Source: Bugula neritina (lineage: Eukaryota > Animalia > Bryozoa). Taken from it: 23,871 bases of DNA. The DNA lies in the NCBI GenBank assembly GCA_964035545.1, contig CAXIUT010000087.1:1-23871 (forward strand), written 5' to 3'. The position numbers and the translations under genes were made by a program. Shown here in pieces: positions 22,073-23,871 of the stretch. The first letter of the stretch is position 1, and the number at the start of each line of letters is the position of its first letter. The notes beneath the pieces are model-generated. The model did not search any database. It worked only from the letters and a program-made list of their open reading frames with translations, and was not told where the DNA came from.

Positions 22073-22594
22073 ATGAAAATCTTGATAATTATCCTACTCA
22101 CTTTCTCCATAATATCTTCTTATAGAATTAACTGGAACTGTGGAGATTGTTCGTTAAAATCTCTTGGATCTCTGTGTTATCAGATTAATGGAGGGCCTTT
22201 TACAAATGTCGAAATAAGTATGCAAAATCAAATATCAAAATGTTCTGAAGGACCATTTACTTTTCCTTTAGCCATTTAATTATCATGTGATGATTCTTGT
22301 CAAAATTAATCTTGTAAACTTGCTTTTTTATCTCCAGATGCATACTTTATTGGATGCAGTAATGAAGATACAGGAAAATAGATCATTAATGAACTCAATA
22401 AAGTTTATAACTACTACAAAATGGATACAATTTTATCATACGATTGGTGTGGAACTATTATCTGTGGATTGAGGACAGTTAACTATATATAATTTGGAGT
22501 TGGAGGACTTTTCGTCATCAACTTATTTATAGGCTTAGTTTTTTGTTGTAGAAAAAACAAAGATGAAGCAAATTATGAAGAATTAAAAAAGTGA
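22073..22594 (+). CDS. Cys-rich type I membrane protein (173 aa)
   Basis: Signal peptide MKILIIILLTFSIISS, Cys-rich ectodomain, TM FGVGGLFVINLFIGLVF, then CC and a short tail ending NYEELKK*; intact 522-nt frame. Confidence 0.78.
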
Positions 22595-22629
22595 TTAGAA
22601 TTAAATATACTTATAACAATTACTCAATC

Positions 22630-23427
22630 ACTTTAACTGAGAGCTTATTTTGTTTAATTCGAATCAAATGCTAGGACTTTTATTTTTTTCGCCAATAAAG
22701 CTATATTTTCCTCTTCTTCACAATTGCTATCGAATGATTAAAGAAGAGTAGGTATAGTTTTTTTTCTTAACAACTTTTATATACTCCAAAATTCTTATTC
22801 TGTTTCTATTTTTTTACCTTGTTAACTTTAGATATCCATCTTTTTTTCAATATTATCAGTTAAATTTCCACTGATGACATTATCTAAATAGATCGGGCAA
22901 TATTGAATGATAAGATTTCTAAAGTTTTTTTTATTGAAATGAAAATTCCAAGTAGCTTTTCTATTATAAGTATTATTGGGAACAAAATAGCAATTTGGCT
23001 CTATGATTAGATATTTAAGATGAAGTAAAATAGCACTAAATCTATAAATAATTCAATAATTACTGAACAGTTGGATTCCAATCTTGCACCAAATCCTTAG
23101 ATACAATTTCACAAGTGTAAATATTAATGTTAGGATGAAATATCCTGCGATTGTTATATATTTTAGGCCTTTCAATATATTTTGTAGAATTTATAAAAAT
23201 TTTAGGCTTGAACTCTATGCCTTAGAAAATACCTACAATTGGAGTACAAGATAATTAAATAATTATCATGCTGCCTTTGATCTAGTACGACTCTTTATTC
23301 TAAATTAACAATACTAATCAGAAAGATTAAGATTAGTTTGGCTAATTTCTGTCTATAACCATTGAACAAACCCTGATTTCATAGTCTATTTTTCAATGTT
23401 TTTTTTAAGTTGCTTGCGATTAATCAT
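22630..23427 (-). CDS. Probable coding region, structure unresolved
   Basis: ATG at 23427 opens a frame (MINRKQLKKNIEKETMKSGFVQWL...) and the composition looks coding, but I could not reconstruct a consistent exon chain. Confidence 0.3.
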
Positions 23428-23778
23428 ATATTATAAAGAGGCATAATAAGAGTTAATCAATTTATAGTTAATCATAAAAATCAAATCAATAAATATTTAA
23501 AAATAAACTAGAGATAAAAGTAGAAAAATATTTATCTTTATCTTCTAATTTTTGATTAATTTTATTTTTTTGGAGTTGTATTCTTATATTTTATGATTAA
23601 ATAAAAAAAATTGACAAATTTAATTCTTTCTTTGAATTATTCTGATACGATTAATCTGGAAAAATATATCTTCATATTTAATCAAAATTCGTTTTCAATA
23701 TATTTTCCAGATTTTATCAATAAAATACAAGTAAAATATTCATCAATAATATATTAAGATATTTATTAATCAAAATTA

Positions 23779-23871
23779 GGGGTTGGGGTTGGGGTTGGGG
23801 TTGGGGTTGGGGTTGGGGTTGGGGTTGGGGTTGGGGTTGGGGTTGGGGTTGGGGTTGGGGTTGGGGTTGGG
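23779..23871 (+). repeat. Right terminal telomere (TTGGGG)n
   Basis: 93 nt of perfect G4T2 repeats ending in TTGGG. Confidence 0.98.

Noticed and set aside
530-22472. Remaining standard-code ORFs (530-751, 3930-4199, 5544-5747, 11119-11307, 15618-15821, 18061-18282, 20617-20979, 20879-21118, 21153-21362, 22287-22472)
   Set aside because: They are antisense or off-frame shadows of real genes, or low-complexity AT-rich frames with non-ATG starts.
23042-23063. 22-nt minus-strand intron candidate (gtaattattgaattatttatag)
   Set aside because: The host gene model is unresolved and the -6 A is absent. It cannot be supported, though it would be a counter-example to the 20-nt rule if real.
1-23871. 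tRNA, rRNA, CRISPR or prokaryotic/viral systems
   Set aside because: None recognisable by eye. The RNR gene has a host-type intron and code, so it is not a viral insert. tRNAscan-SE and Infernal were not run.

Overview
AT-rich, gene-dense ciliate macronuclear DNA with C4A2/T2G4 telomeres. The supplied ORF track is fragmented because it uses the wrong genetic code. Here TAA and TAG both encode Glu and TGA is the only stop (NCBI table 30, the peritrich nuclear code). Re-read this way, the window holds about 21 genes, including RNR small subunit, ALG5, acyl-CoA oxidase, ATG4, proteasome RPT1, an SK-type K+ channel, a PDI-family protein, a TLDc protein, an EF-hand protein and two putative transcription factors. 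It divides into three segments. Bases 1-14736 are a complete telomere-to-telomere minichromosome of about 14.7 kb with 12 genes. Two further pieces (14737-19978 and 19979-23871) each lack a left telomere and end in a right telomere. The first piece clearly starts inside a gene and the second probably does, so the window is most likely a head-to-tail chimera. The most striking signal is that six inferred introns are all exactly 20 nt (GTA...AG) with an invariant A six bases from the 3' end. Several segment-1 genes carry single-base indels that are probably sequencing errors. All protein assignments come from manual translation and motif recognition, not database searches.
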